Source: Candidatus Latescibacterota bacterium
Lineage (GTDB): Bacteria > Latescibacterota > UBA2968 > GCA-2709665
DNA: 64,000 bases
NCBI GenBank assembly: GCA_965208835.1
Contig: OZ242358.1
Span: 992,001-1,056,000, forward strand
Direction of reading: 5' to 3'
Part shown: positions 38,293 through 48,700 of the stretch, piece by piece
Position numbering within the stretch: position 1 is the first letter of the stretch
How the letters are laid out: each line of letters begins with the position of its first letter
The notes under the pieces: generated by a model
Seen by the model: the letters and a program-made list of their open reading frames with translations, nothing else
Told to the model about the DNA's origin: nothing
Databases searched by the model: none
Position numbers and translations under genes: made by a program

Positions 38293-39528
38293 TCAGCCGC
38301 ACCAATCGACGATGGCGCGTGCGAGGACTTCCGCACCGGCTGCCAGACTTTGAACGGGGATCTGTTCCTGGCTTGAGTGCGCCACGCCCAGCGTTCCCGC
38401 GCCGATCACCACGGCGGGGACGCCGATCAGATTGGAATAGAACCACGCATCGCAGGACGCCGGCATCGCCGCCACCTCGGCGGCTTGTCCGCTTGCAAGG
38501 CAAGCCTGTTCCAATGTCCTGACGATGGGATGATCCACGGGTACCTCGTTGCAGTCGTGACGGTACATGAACTCCATATCGAAATGGTCCGGGAGCCAGT
38601 CTCCTCCCTCGGCCTTCAGCGCTTCCTCCATCTCGCGCATCACATCTTCTTTGTTCCTGTTCGGCAGGAATCCGAGAACGCCCTTGAACGTCGCCTTTCT
38701 CGGAGCCATCGCGGGCCAGTCACCGGCCTCCAGCGTTCCGAACGTAATGGGCATCGGGTTGTCATATGAATCGTAAAGCGGGTGTCCTTTGGATTCAGCC
38801 AACAGTCTCCCGTGATATCTTTCCAGAATCTCGATGGCGCGTATGGCCTCCTTCAGCGCGCTCACCGTGCGTCCGGCCTGTCCGCTGTGGCCCGCCCGCC
38901 CGTAAACATCCACCGTAAACCATACCGCGCCGCGTATCGACGGGAGGATCTTCAGTTCGGAGGGCTCCAGAACCAGGGCCACGTCGGCCCGGTCGTTTCC
39001 ACGTACGAACGCGAGCGTTCCGTTGCCGCCGCACTCCTCCTCGACCACAAGGTGCCCGATCAGGTCTCCCTTAAGTTCCACGCCCATCTCTCTCAGGGCG
39101 GCGAGCGCAAGGTACAACATGGCCGCCTGACCCTTGCAATCGCACGCTCCACGGCCGAATACGACCCCGTCTTCCACGCGCCCGTCGAACGGACGGTCCT
39201 GGTCCGATGAGGCGGGAACGACGTCCAGGTGGGTATTCACGATCAACGAACGTCCGCCGCCGACTCCCTTTTTGATCACCCTCAGATTCGGTCGATCCGC
39301 ATAACTGAGATCCGGAAGCCTGAACGAATAGTCGGGATCCTCCTGAATCGTGTCCGCAATGGGCACAAGTTCACGTTCGTCGACCACCTCCTGCATCCGG
39401 GCGTGCAACACGCGAATCGCCTGACCTTCATTTCCGCGCACGGACGGGATGCGGATCAGATCGCAAAGCAGCGCTACCGCATCTTCCTTGTGAGACTCGA
39501 CTGCGGACTTCAATAACCGGTTATCCAA
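38293..39528 (-). CDS. M20 family deacylase (ArgE/DapE-like)
   Basis: NTHLDVV, GRGACDCKG, VEEECGGNG, EPS and AHSSQE. A TTG start at 39528 after GGGAG is inferred. Confidence 0.9.
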   Translation of the reverse strand: MDNRLLKSAVESHKEDAVALLCDLIRIPSVRGNEGQAIRVLHARMQEVVDERELVPIADTIQEDPDYSFRLPDLSYADRPNLRVIKKGVGGGRSLIVNTHLDVVPASSDQDRPFDGRVEDGVVFGRGACDCKGQAAMLYLALAALREMGVELKGDLIGHLVVEEECGGNGTLAFVRGNDRADVALVLEPSELKILPSIRGAVWFTVDVYGRAGHSGQAGRTVSALKEAIRAIEILERYHGRLLAESKGHPLYDSYDNPMPITFGTLEAGDWPAMAPRKATFKGVLGFLPNRNKEDVMREMEEALKAEGGDWLPDHFDMEFMYRHDCNEVPVDHPIVRTLEQACLASGQAAEVAAMPASCDAWFYSNLIGVPAVVIGAGTLGVAHSSQEQIPVQSLAAGAEVLARAIVDWCG

Positions 39529-39598
39529 GAGCGCACTCCCGGGATCCGGCGCGTGTGATTCCGGATCCTCAGCTACAGGTACTGCATGACCGTCCGGG

Positions 39599-40936
39599 TC
39601 ATCCGGCGAGTTCTTCCAGGGCACGGTCGAGGATGTCGATGCCCAGTCCCGCTTCCTCCTCGGAAATAACCAGCGGCGGAGCGATCCGTACGACATTTCC
39701 GTATAATCCGACCTTGCCGAGCAGAAGACCGTACTCCCCGGCCCTCAGAAGCAGATTCGACGTCAGTTCCGGCGCGGGTGTCTTGTCCTCGGGGTCCAGT
39801 ACGAACTCGAGACCGATCACGAGGCCCTGCCCGCGTACGTCGCCCAGCACCGGGTACTTCGCCTTCATTGCCTGAAACCGTGCTATCATATAGGCGCCAA
39901 CGCGTCGCGAGTTTTCCGGCAACCGCTCGTCTTCCATTGCGTCCAGTACAGCGTGGGACGCGGCGCTGGCCAGCGGATTTCCGCCGCAGGTGCTGGACAT
40001 TTCGCCGGTTCCCATGCATTCGAAAATCCGACTTTCGCCGGCAAGCGCGGAAGCCGGCATTCCGCTGCCGATACCCTTGCCAAGACAGACCATATTCGGC
40101 TGCAGGTGCTCCCAATCCAGCGCGAACAGCTTTCCGGTCCGCCCGAACGACGACTGCACTTCGTCCAGAATGAAGACCAGTCCGCGCTTCCTCGCCCACG
40201 CTTCGAGACCCTTCAGCCAGCCTGCTGGCGGGAAAATGAAACCCGCGCCTCCCTGGTAGGGTTCGGTGATCACGGCGCCCAGGTCGCCCGTGGACGTCGA
40301 ATCGATAATCCTGTCCAGGTTTTCGAGACAGCGCTGCGCGCATTCTTCTTCGGTTTCGCTCCTGTAGAAGTCCCGATAGAAATAGGGAAACGGCGCCAGA
40401 ATTCCGCCTGGCAACTGAGGTCCGAACGCGCGCCTGGTATTCTTGCTTCCTGCCACGCTCATCGGTCCGTAAGTGCGACCGTGGAATCCCCCGTAAAACG
40501 AGAGCACCTCGTGCTTGCCCGTGAACCGTTTTGCAATGCGGATCGCCGCCTCCGTGGCCTCGGCGCCCGTTGTCAGCAGGAACGTCTGATCGATATTGTC
40601 AGGCAGCAGATCGGTCAGGCGCTTTGACAGCGTAACCCGCTCCGGCGTGGGGAAGGAGTAACAGTTCATCAGCCTCCCGGCCTGTTCCCGGATACGCTCC
40701 ACGTGGCGCGGGTGCGAGTGGCCGAGATTCGTCACCAGCACACCGGAGGTAAAATCCAGAAACCGGTTGCCGTCCACGTCCCACACCCAGACCCCCTCAC
40801 CATGGTCCCACACCACCGGCACCTGATCGGCCATACAAGGCGGCTCGTATTCCCTGGAAACCTCGAGCAGTTCGGCGGAACCGGGTCCCGGTATCTTGCG
40901 TTTCTCCAATGTCATCGAGTTCGCCACCTGCGCCAT
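39599..40936 (-). CDS. Class III PLP aminotransferase (GabT-like)
   Basis: DVDGNRFLDF, TGAEATE, GGFHGRT, ILDEVQSSFGRTG and LGKGIGSG. Confidence 0.92.
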   Translation of the reverse strand: MAQVANSMTLEKRKIPGPGSAELLEVSREYEPPCMADQVPVVWDHGEGVWVWDVDGNRFLDFTSGVLVTNLGHSHPRHVERIREQAGRLMNCYSFPTPERVTLSKRLTDLLPDNIDQTFLLTTGAEATEAAIRIAKRFTGKHEVLSFYGGFHGRTYGPMSVAGSKNTRRAFGPQLPGGILAPFPYFYRDFYRSETEEECAQRCLENLDRIIDSTSTGDLGAVITEPYQGGAGFIFPPAGWLKGLEAWARKRGLVFILDEVQSSFGRTGKLFALDWEHLQPNMVCLGKGIGSGMPASALAGESRIFECMGTGEMSSTCGGNPLASAASHAVLDAMEDERLPENSRRVGAYMIARFQAMKAKYPVLGDVRGQGLVIGLEFVLDPEDKTPAPELTSNLLLRAGEYGLLLGKVGLYGNVVRIAPPLVISEEEAGLGIDILDRALEELAG

Positions 40937-40961
40937 TTCAGATCTCCCGACAGGTTGATGT

Positions 40962-41951
40962 TCAAGCGAGTTCCTTGTTGATCAGGAACCGTGGCGGACG
41001 CCCTTCTATGAATCGCACAAAGTCCTCCATCACCTTTTCGCGCATGCTCCAGTTCGCCTCTTCCGAATACCACGCCAGATGGGGCGCCAGGAGCGCATTC
41101 TCCAGGTTGAACAGATCCATCTCCGGATCGGGCGGCTCCTGTTCGTACACGTCGACGGCCGCGCCGGCGATCCAGCCGTCCCTCAAGGCACGCGCAAGGG
41201 CATCCGCGTCGACCAGACCGCCGCGCGCCGTATTTACGAGATAGGCGTGGGATTTCATCGCCCGGAGTTCTCTTTCGCCGATGAGATGATACGATTCCTC
41301 GTCGAGCGATGCGTGAACCGTAATCATATCCGCTTCATTCAGTACCGTGTCCAGATCCACCGTCCGAACACCCAGCTCCTCCTGGCGTTCTTCGGACAAG
41401 TACGGATCGCAGACCAGGATATCCACCTCAAAACCGGCCAGCTTCTGAAGCGTCAGGCTCCCGATGCGTCCGCAACCGATAATGCCCACGGTCTTTCCCT
41501 TGACGGAATAGACCGGATAGACCTCGGTGAAATCCCAGATCCCGTTCCGGCTCGACGCCTCCAGAATCTTCCTTCCCACATTCAACTTCCGCCAGCCGGA
41601 CAACATCAGCGTAATGGCGTGTTCCGCCACCTCATCCGAACAGTAGTCCGGCTCGTAGGCGACGCGAATTCCCTTCTTCGTCGCGGCGCTCACGTCCACG
41701 TTGTCGTATCCGACGCCGTGCCTCAAAATCAGCTTGCACCTTTCCAGCTGATCGATCACGCCCGCGGTCATCTTGACCATATTTACGAGAATCATATCCG
41801 CGTCGACGATCTTTTCGACCAGCTCTGACTCCGGCATGAACTTGAGCTGATGATATTCGAAGGTGACGTGCCCGTACTTACCGAGTTCCTCCTCTTCCCA
41901 TTTCAGGTCGGGCTCGATATAGTCGGTCACGACAATCTTGATCGGTTCCAT
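40962..41951 (-). CDS. D-2-hydroxyacid dehydrogenase (CtBP-like)
   Basis: RHGVGYDNVD, GIIGCGRIG, NTARGGLVD, DVYEQEP and PHLAWYS. Confidence 0.92.
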   Translation of the reverse strand: MEPIKIVVTDYIEPDLKWEEEELGKYGHVTFEYHQLKFMPESELVEKIVDADMILVNMVKMTAGVIDQLERCKLILRHGVGYDNVDVSAATKKGIRVAYEPDYCSDEVAEHAITLMLSGWRKLNVGRKILEASSRNGIWDFTEVYPVYSVKGKTVGIIGCGRIGSLTLQKLAGFEVDILVCDPYLSEERQEELGVRTVDLDTVLNEADMITVHASLDEESYHLIGERELRAMKSHAYLVNTARGGLVDADALARALRDGWIAGAAVDVYEQEPPDPEMDLFNLENALLAPHLAWYSEEANWSMREKVMEDFVRFIEGRPPRFLINKELA

Positions 41952-41982
41952 AAAAAGCTCCCGGTAGAATAGAAAATCCTAG

Positions 41983-42139
41983 CAGCCCGTTGAAAGAGTC
42001 CATCTGGTCTGCGGCCGGCCATTGCGGTCGAAATTCTGCGTTGCGCTCCCTCGCCGAATCGCAGGATGGGACTCGGTTGCGCGCCTTGTCTTCGGCCACA
42101 ATACCCCGGCCTCTGCAGAGCGACTTTATCAACGGACTG
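41983..42139. mobile_element. MITE family B copy 2
   Basis: CTAG|CAGCCCGTTGAAAG...TTTATCAACGGACTG|CTCG. Matches 14462-14644 apart from an internal indel. Confidence 0.8.
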
Positions 42140-42144
42140 CTCGT

Positions 42145-43188
42145 TCACCCGCTGAGAGGCAGCGCCACGGGGTCGCCCGATCTTGCGGATTCGTAAATCG
42201 CCAGAATGACTTCGATCGCCCGCTTCGATTCCGGACCGTCGATTGTCGGCTCACCGCCTTCGTTCAGAATACGAACCATCTCGGTTATCTGCGCCTTGTG
42301 TCCCTCCGTTCCGAAAGTTTTCGAATCCGATGCCGCCCTGGCCACGTCCGTCGTGTCCGCCGCCGTCTCCTCCACGCTCTCGCCGTCGACGTCCCATTTC
42401 GTTATCTGGTCGGCTTCCACAACAATCGTCCCCCGGTCTCCTGAAAACTCCATCCGTGCCGGCAACCCGGGATACGCCGCGGAAGACGCTTCGATCACAC
42501 CCAACGCTCCGTTTTCGTATTCCAGTGTGGCGACCACGGTATCTTCCACTTCGATGTCGTGGATCAACGTGCCCATCCTCGCATAGACGCGTTTTACGGG
42601 TCCCATAATCCACTGGAGCAGGTCCACCGTGTGGCTGCCCTGCGTCATCAGCGCCCCGCCGCCCTCCATCGCCCAGTTGCCACGCCAGTCGTCCGCATCG
42701 TAGTAATCCTGGGGTCGGAACCACTTGATATAGGCGTCAGCAAGCACCATTCTACCGAGAGCGCCGGCCTGGACGGCGTCACGCACCCTGTTGACAGCCT
42801 GTCCATACCGCAACTGGAACACCCCCATCAGCTTCACCCCCGCGTCCCCGGCGGCCCGGATGATGCGGTCCATATTCCGTATGGATACATCCAGAGGCTT
42901 TTCGACGATCAGGTGCTTTCCCGCCTCCGCCGCGTCCGTCACGATTGGAATCCGGACACCGCTGGGCGTGCAGATGCAAACCACATCCACTTCCTGACGG
43001 CGCAGGATGGCTTCGTGATCGGTAAACCAGGGCACGCCGTGCGCCTCTCCGGTGGTTCTGGCGCGTGTTTCGCTTCGACTGTAAACGGCGACCAGTTCCG
43101 CCCCGTCGGATTCCTGCACCGCGCCGATGTGATAATCCGCGACCACGCCGCATCCGATTATTGCAAAACCGATGGTCCGATGGCCCAT
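42145..43188 (-). CDS. Gfo/Idh/MocA family oxidoreductase
   Basis: AIIGCGVVA, VEKP, WFRPQDYY and GGGALMTQGSHTVD. Confidence 0.92.
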   Translation of the reverse strand: MGHRTIGFAIIGCGVVADYHIGAVQESDGAELVAVYSRSETRARTTGEAHGVPWFTDHEAILRRQEVDVVCICTPSGVRIPIVTDAAEAGKHLIVEKPLDVSIRNMDRIIRAAGDAGVKLMGVFQLRYGQAVNRVRDAVQAGALGRMVLADAYIKWFRPQDYYDADDWRGNWAMEGGGALMTQGSHTVDLLQWIMGPVKRVYARMGTLIHDIEVEDTVVATLEYENGALGVIEASSAAYPGLPARMEFSGDRGTIVVEADQITKWDVDGESVEETAADTTDVARAASDSKTFGTEGHKAQITEMVRILNEGGEPTIDGPESKRAIEVILAIYESARSGDPVALPLSG

Positions 43189-43402
43189 AGACGAATCCTC
43201 CAGGAACTTATTCCAAACTGTTGTGAGATTCCCGCGGCGCTGTCGCCGGCCCGAAGGCGATGCGTCGCCACCGGTTCATCCAGGCTTGCCCGAATTCCTT
43301 TGGCGGTGTATCTTTTTCCGACTTTCCGCTACCTGCCATACCGGAACGCATCTCCGGAAAATGACAAAATCAACCTGCTTTGCGAGACACGCTGTCAACT
43401 AA

Positions 43403-43563
43403 GAAGCTGTTTTAAAAATACCGGCGAGTTCCCGAGCGCGAGCGAAAATGTGGCGGCCAAGGCGGGTGAAGCCGCCCATATCCAAAGATACGGGTGGCTT
43501 CACCCGCCTTGGCCGGCGCTTTTGCAGCCGCGCGAAGACCGCTGGGAGTTTTAAAACAGCTTC
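43403..43563. mobile_element. MITE family A copy 5
   Basis: TAA|GAAGCTGTTTTAAAA...TTTTAAAACAGCTTC|TAT with a central long hairpin ggccaaggcgggtgaagcc...ggcttcacccgccttggcc. Confidence 0.85.
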
Positions 43564-43581
43564 TATGGAGGTCATGACCAG

Positions 43582-44409
43582 ATGGATTACGTACATCCTG
43601 AACTCCTGGCCGGCAAGGTCGTCTGGGTCACGGCTTCAGCTCGCGGCCTTGGCCGTGCGATCGCGGAACGTCTTTCACGTTGCGGGGCTTCCATTGCTGT
43701 TCATGCGAGATCCGACCGGACGGCGGCCGAATTCAATGAATCACCTTCCACGACTCACGCGGCGCGCGAAATCGCGGAAACGGGCAACGCGGTGATCACC
43801 GTATTTGCTGACGTATCGGATCCCGAACAGGTCAAAGCGGCGGTCGAACACATCGAAACCGAACTCGGACCGATCGACATTCTGGTCAACAACGCCGGGG
43901 GCGACATCGCCGCGGCGGGCGGCAAACCGAAACCCAACGACACTCTGGGTATCCCGCTGGATGACGTTGAAGCCGTGTTCAAGAGGAATTTTGACACAAC
44001 CATGCACTGCTGCCGCGCTGTCGTTCCGGGCATGATTCAACGCGGAGAAGGCAGAATCGTAAACATCGGCTCGGTGGACAGCTTTACCGGAGAGCCCGGG
44101 GGAGGCCCCGTTTACGCCACGGCCAAAGCGGCACAGACCCAATATACCCGCTGTCTGGCAGCCCAACTCCGACAACACAACATCACCGTGAATATGGTGG
44201 CGCCAGGCGACTCTCCGAGCGGCCGTTTTCTTGCCACGGGTCAGGCCGACCCGGAGTTTATGGACGCAATGAACCGGCCCACGTTGATCCGTTACGCGTA
44301 TCCCGACGAGATCGCGCGGGCCGTGCAGTTCTTCGTCTCGCCCCTCGCAAGCTTTGTCAGCGGACAGATCCTGCGTGTGGACGGCGGAGCGCAGCTTTCG
44401 CCCGCGTAG
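43582..44409 (+). CDS. SDR family NAD(P)-dependent oxidoreductase
   Basis: TASARGLG, DILVNNAG, YATAK (YxxxK) and VDGG. Confidence 0.92.
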   Translation: MDYVHPELLAGKVVWVTASARGLGRAIAERLSRCGASIAVHARSDRTAAEFNESPSTTHAAREIAETGNAVITVFADVSDPEQVKAAVEHIETELGPIDILVNNAGGDIAAAGGKPKPNDTLGIPLDDVEAVFKRNFDTTMHCCRAVVPGMIQRGEGRIVNIGSVDSFTGEPGGGPVYATAKAAQTQYTRCLAAQLRQHNITVNMVAPGDSPSGRFLATGQADPEFMDAMNRPTLIRYAYPDEIARAVQFFVSPLASFVSGQILRVDGGAQLSPA

Positions 44410-44439
44410 ATTGGTACCGGGCAGAATAGAACACCCCAC

Positions 44440-45039
44440 CTATCGGATCCTGTCCAGTTCCGCCCGGTATTCCTCCGGTGTATCGATGTCCCTCAATACG
44501 CCCTCGTCCGCCACCTCCACCTCCAGCGTGTCGTCCGGGTTTCCCCGCATTACGGGTTTCAGCCCGTCCTCTCCGGTCAGAGACCGGATCTCCGAGAGAT
44601 AACGACCCAGATCCACCAGGGCCGGATGCCCTCGTTTGCCACGGTAAATCGGAACGACGATACCTTTATTGCCCTTCCGATACGCCGCAGCCACCTTCCT
44701 GACCACGCTCGCGCGGACGTTCGGTTGATCCCCCAGGGCGATCAGCGCGGCATCGGCTGACTTCTCCAGGGCGGCAAGCCCGGACAGGACACTCGTAAAC
44801 ATCCCGTTGCGATAATCGCGATTCAGGTGAAACAACACCGGTCGCTCCGCGAGACTGTCCCGCACGGAATCGGCACGGTGACCCAGTACGACCAGGATAC
44901 CGTCCAGATCGGCTTCCAGCAGCGTATCGACCACGGTTTGGAGTACCGTCTTTTCGCCAAAGGGCAATAACTGTTTGGGAGACCCCATACGAGTCGACAT
45001 CCCGGCTGCCGGCACAAGCGCACAGATGCGTTTTTTCAT
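44440..45039 (-). CDS. MobA/MocA-like nucleotidyltransferase
   Basis: VPAAGMSTRMGSPKQLL, ALGDQP, GHP and DIDTPEEY. Confidence 0.88.
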   Translation of the reverse strand: MKKRICALVPAAGMSTRMGSPKQLLPFGEKTVLQTVVDTLLEADLDGILVVLGHRADSVRDSLAERPVLFHLNRDYRNGMFTSVLSGLAALEKSADAALIALGDQPNVRASVVRKVAAAYRKGNKGIVVPIYRGKRGHPALVDLGRYLSEIRSLTGEDGLKPVMRGNPDDTLEVEVADEGVLRDIDTPEEYRAELDRIR

Positions 45040-45294
45040 TTGGATGCCAAGTATAATAAAAAAAAGCCGGTGATACCACAACTTCTGAACCGCGACTGCA
45101 AATGCCTGCGCATGCGGCTGATCCGCGTTTAAAAACAAACACTTAATCGTCAACGGTCAAGGCATTTCAATGGAAGGGGGACAATGTGAGTGCACCGGCG
45201 GCGGCAACGCGGGGGAAGGACAGCGACAGCGACGCTAGATTATTCATAAAAAATTAAAAAACAGTAAATTAAACCAATCCCTTTGCGCTTTGAC

Positions 45295-45322
45295 TTGACT
45301 TTTTCCCATTAAATAGTACATT
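45295..45322 (+). promoter_or_regulatory. Putative promoter with A-rich upstream element
   Basis: TTGACT-16-TACATT preceded by A-tracts at about 45245-45275. Confidence 0.5.
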
Positions 45323-45389
45323 ACATTTCTTTAAAATATCGAGGGGGTCGATTTTCGCGCAGTGTCAGCTTCCGGAGAAGCCATTTCAG

Positions 45390-45635
45390 GTGCTCTGTGA
45401 AACGTGTGAAACGCGTCCCGCCACACGGATCTCCACCCGGGTTTTGAACGGTGAGAAACAGGTCACTTACCGTTGCGAAGTCTGCGAAGCGTTGCCTGAA
45501 CCCGGTTCGAAACCCCGCCTGGAGCGCCCGTGCGAGCGTTGCGGAGAGAATGAGGGACGGATCAAACTCACCCGCCTCGCGGAACGTTATCGAACCGTAA
45601 CGTATCTGTGTGAAACCTGTGCGACGCGCAGGTAG
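45390..45635 (+). CDS. Small protein with four CxxC motifs (tandem McsA/ClpE-like zinc-binding modules)
   Basis: CETC...CEVC and CERC...CETC form two similar halves. It has its own putative promoter. Confidence 0.7.
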   Translation: MLCETCETRPATRISTRVLNGEKQVTYRCEVCEALPEPGSKPRLERPCERCGENEGRIKLTRLAERYRTVTYLCETCATRR

Positions 45636-45778
45636 CACGACGGCGTCAGCGGGTTCTCCGGCCTCACGGGCGAGTGTAGACATAGTTTCGATAACGGGTA
45701 CCCGGAAACGGAATCACGCCCGTTCTCGTGCGCGGGCGACACCCGCTTCCTGCGCGCTTCAGCAACCGGACAGCCTGC

Positions 45779-48700
45779 ATGATGGATACAAGCACATTCC
45801 TGAATCCTCCGGCGCCATACCGGATCCTGCCTTCCTGGGCGTGGAACAGCACGATCGAGGAGGGCGAGATCGTGCGCCAGATCCGGGAGATGAGCGAAAA
45901 GGGTCTTGGGGGTTTCTGCCTCTCCTCGGGTCCGGGGCTGAGAATTCCGTACCTCTCCAGAATCTGGTTCGATCGAGTCCGGCTTGCGGTCGAAACCGCC
46001 AGGGAGTGCGGACTTCAGGTCTGGCTGCACGACGAATTCCCGCACCCGCATGGCCTAAGCGGCGGGCAGGTATCGTTGGGCCATCCCCAGTATAGGGGCC
46101 AGCACCTTACTTTCGATGAAATCACGGTTCAGGGCGGCCAGCAGGTGGACATGGAATTGCCGTGGGGCACCGTTTTGCGAGCCCTCGCCGTGCCGCTCAA
46201 GCGGGACCGGTGTCTGTGGGAGAGTGTTGAGGACATCGGTGATTATATTGGCGCGAACCAGCGCCATGAGATTTACCGGGAACACGATGTCGATGGGGAG
46301 TACCACAACAAGAGATTTCTGGCCCGCCATCTCACCCATCGCCTTTTCTGGAAGGCGCCGCCCGGACGCTGGAGAGTGCTTGTCTTCATCCAGAGGGAAA
46401 GCGATGCGGAAGAACCCCATGGAATCCACTTCGATCCGTTCAACGCCGACGCCGTCGCCTGTTATCTCGAGACCACCCACGGAAGGTACGCCAGCGGGTT
46501 GGCAGACGGTTTCGGCGGCGCGATCCAGGGCATTCTGACCACGGAGGCGTTTTCCATTCCGGGCAGATGGCCCTGGTCTCCGACTTTGCCCGGGGTATTC
46601 CGGGAGCGCAACCAGTATGACCTGCTCAACTGTCTCCCTGCGCTGATGACCTATTTCGGTCCGAATACGGCCCGGATCCGGTACGATTACTTCCAGACCC
46701 TGAGTGAGATGCTCAGGGACAATTACCATAAGGCATTCGAGACGTGGTGCGCGAAACACAACGTGCTGCACGCGTCCGACGTGACGGTATTCAGGAACGC
46801 CCACAGGCGCAACGTCCACATTCCAGGTACCTGCGGAGGCGGCGAAAAGATTGGCGGATTCAGAGATCGGGACGCGAACGCCGCCGCTTACCGCCGCAAC
46901 CCCAGATTTTCAGTATCCGTCCACGACGGTGGCCGCGCGTTCAACACGTGTTTTCAGGATACGGGGTGGTCGCTGACGCTCCAGGATATGAAGTGGACGA
47001 TCGACCGGATGGGCGCACTTGGCGCCAATCTGTTTCATGCGCAGGGATTGTCCTACACCCTCGACGGGCTGCGCAAGCACCACTGCCCTCCCTCCATATT
47101 CCACCAGAACCCCTACTGGAAACACTTCCGGCTTCTGGCGGACTACACGGGCCGTCTCTCATACGCCCTCAGCCAGGGTCGCCGAAGGCCCAATCTGGCC
47201 CTGCTGGATCCGGTGACGAGCCTTTGGGCGCACCTCGGCAGCCCGGGTCTCGGATGGCAGTATATCGGTTACGATGAGGATGAAGCCAAGCTCACCCAGC
47301 GGCTCGCGACGGATTGGGCATATCTCATCGAGTCCCTTTGCCAGATGCAGAGGGATTTCGACACCGTGGATCCTGAAGTCCTGGCGGCTGCGCGGGTCAC
47401 CGGTAATCGGCTGCAGACAGAGGAAGGCAGCTACGATGTACTCATCCTGCCGCCCATTGCAAACCTGGAGCGAGACGCGTTTGAATGCATCCGGCAGTTT
47501 ATCAACGCCGGCGGCAAAGTCATCTGTCTCGGCCTGCTTCCGATCGAAGATATCCAGGAAGGCCCCTCGGTCGTGGAGGCGTTCTCCCGCCTGACCGACA
47601 TGGAACCCGGCCGAATGAGGCGCGACTATAGCGGCCACGAGCTGGGCGTACATCTCATCCAGAGAGGAGACCTCTATTTCATCCGTACGGGCGGATCCGT
47701 CGAAAAAAACCGCGGTGCGCGAATGCTGTCGGATTTGCTGCACCGAATTCTTCCTCCCGACGTGATCGTGGAGACCGACAAGAAGAACGGTTCGGCGATC
47801 ATGGCGCAAAGAAGAGAAACGCCGAACGGAGATCTGTTTTTCTTTGCGAATACCGACCGAAACGCCTTTACGTCCCGGGTCACGGTACAGGTGCCGTCTC
47901 ATCGGCGAAAGGTGGAACGGTGGGACCTCGAGACCGGCCGGCGATCTCCGATGGCGGCGGAGCGGGACGCCGATCGGATACAGTTCAACCTCAATTTCGA
48001 TCGCCTGCAATCCCACCTTATTGTCGTGTCGGAAGACAAACCCCAGCCGCTGACGGAGTCGGAAACGCCAGCCGTCTTGCGTCCCGACGCCAATGGCGCG
48101 TGGAAAGTCGATGCGGAAGAGGACAACTGTCTTCGAATGGACAGGTTCCAGATGCAACTCGATCCACAGAACAAGGGAATCGAGCAGGGCTGGCACAAGC
48201 CCGGCTACAGGGACAACCGCTGGACGTCCATAACGCCCAAACCCGTTATCGATCAGATCGGTGATCTGCCGTCCCTTTCCGGCCTGCCTTTCACGTTCAA
48301 CAGCGGCGGCGAGGGAGAGACTGCGGGTCCGGACATCAGGTTTCCGCTGGTCTGCTGGTTCAGAACGGCATTCTCAGCCGACGTCGTGCCGTCCAAGCTC
48401 TCCCTTGTGATGGACCGCAGCGCCATTCTGGGGAACTACCAGATCTACCTGAACGGCGTCCGCCTGCCCGGAAAGGCCTTCCGTCCGACGTTTCGTTATG
48501 ACCATAACAACGTTACCTGCGCGGTTGTACGCCGCGTGAACACCGGCAGGAACGTCCTCGCGATCCGCGTGGAGCTCGACAATCTCGATCAGGGCCTGGT
48601 CGATGCCTTCTATCTCTTCGGGAAGTTCGGCGTAAGGCGCTGGCTCAACCACTATCTGCGAATGGTCGCGCCGGTCGACCGGGGTTTCCCGGGCGAACTC

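Noticed and set aside
44440-45039. MocA/YgfJ-like gene as support for selenium metabolism
   Set aside because: No yqeB, yqeC, selD or molybdenum hydroxylase nearby, and it is 30 kb from the UGA gene.
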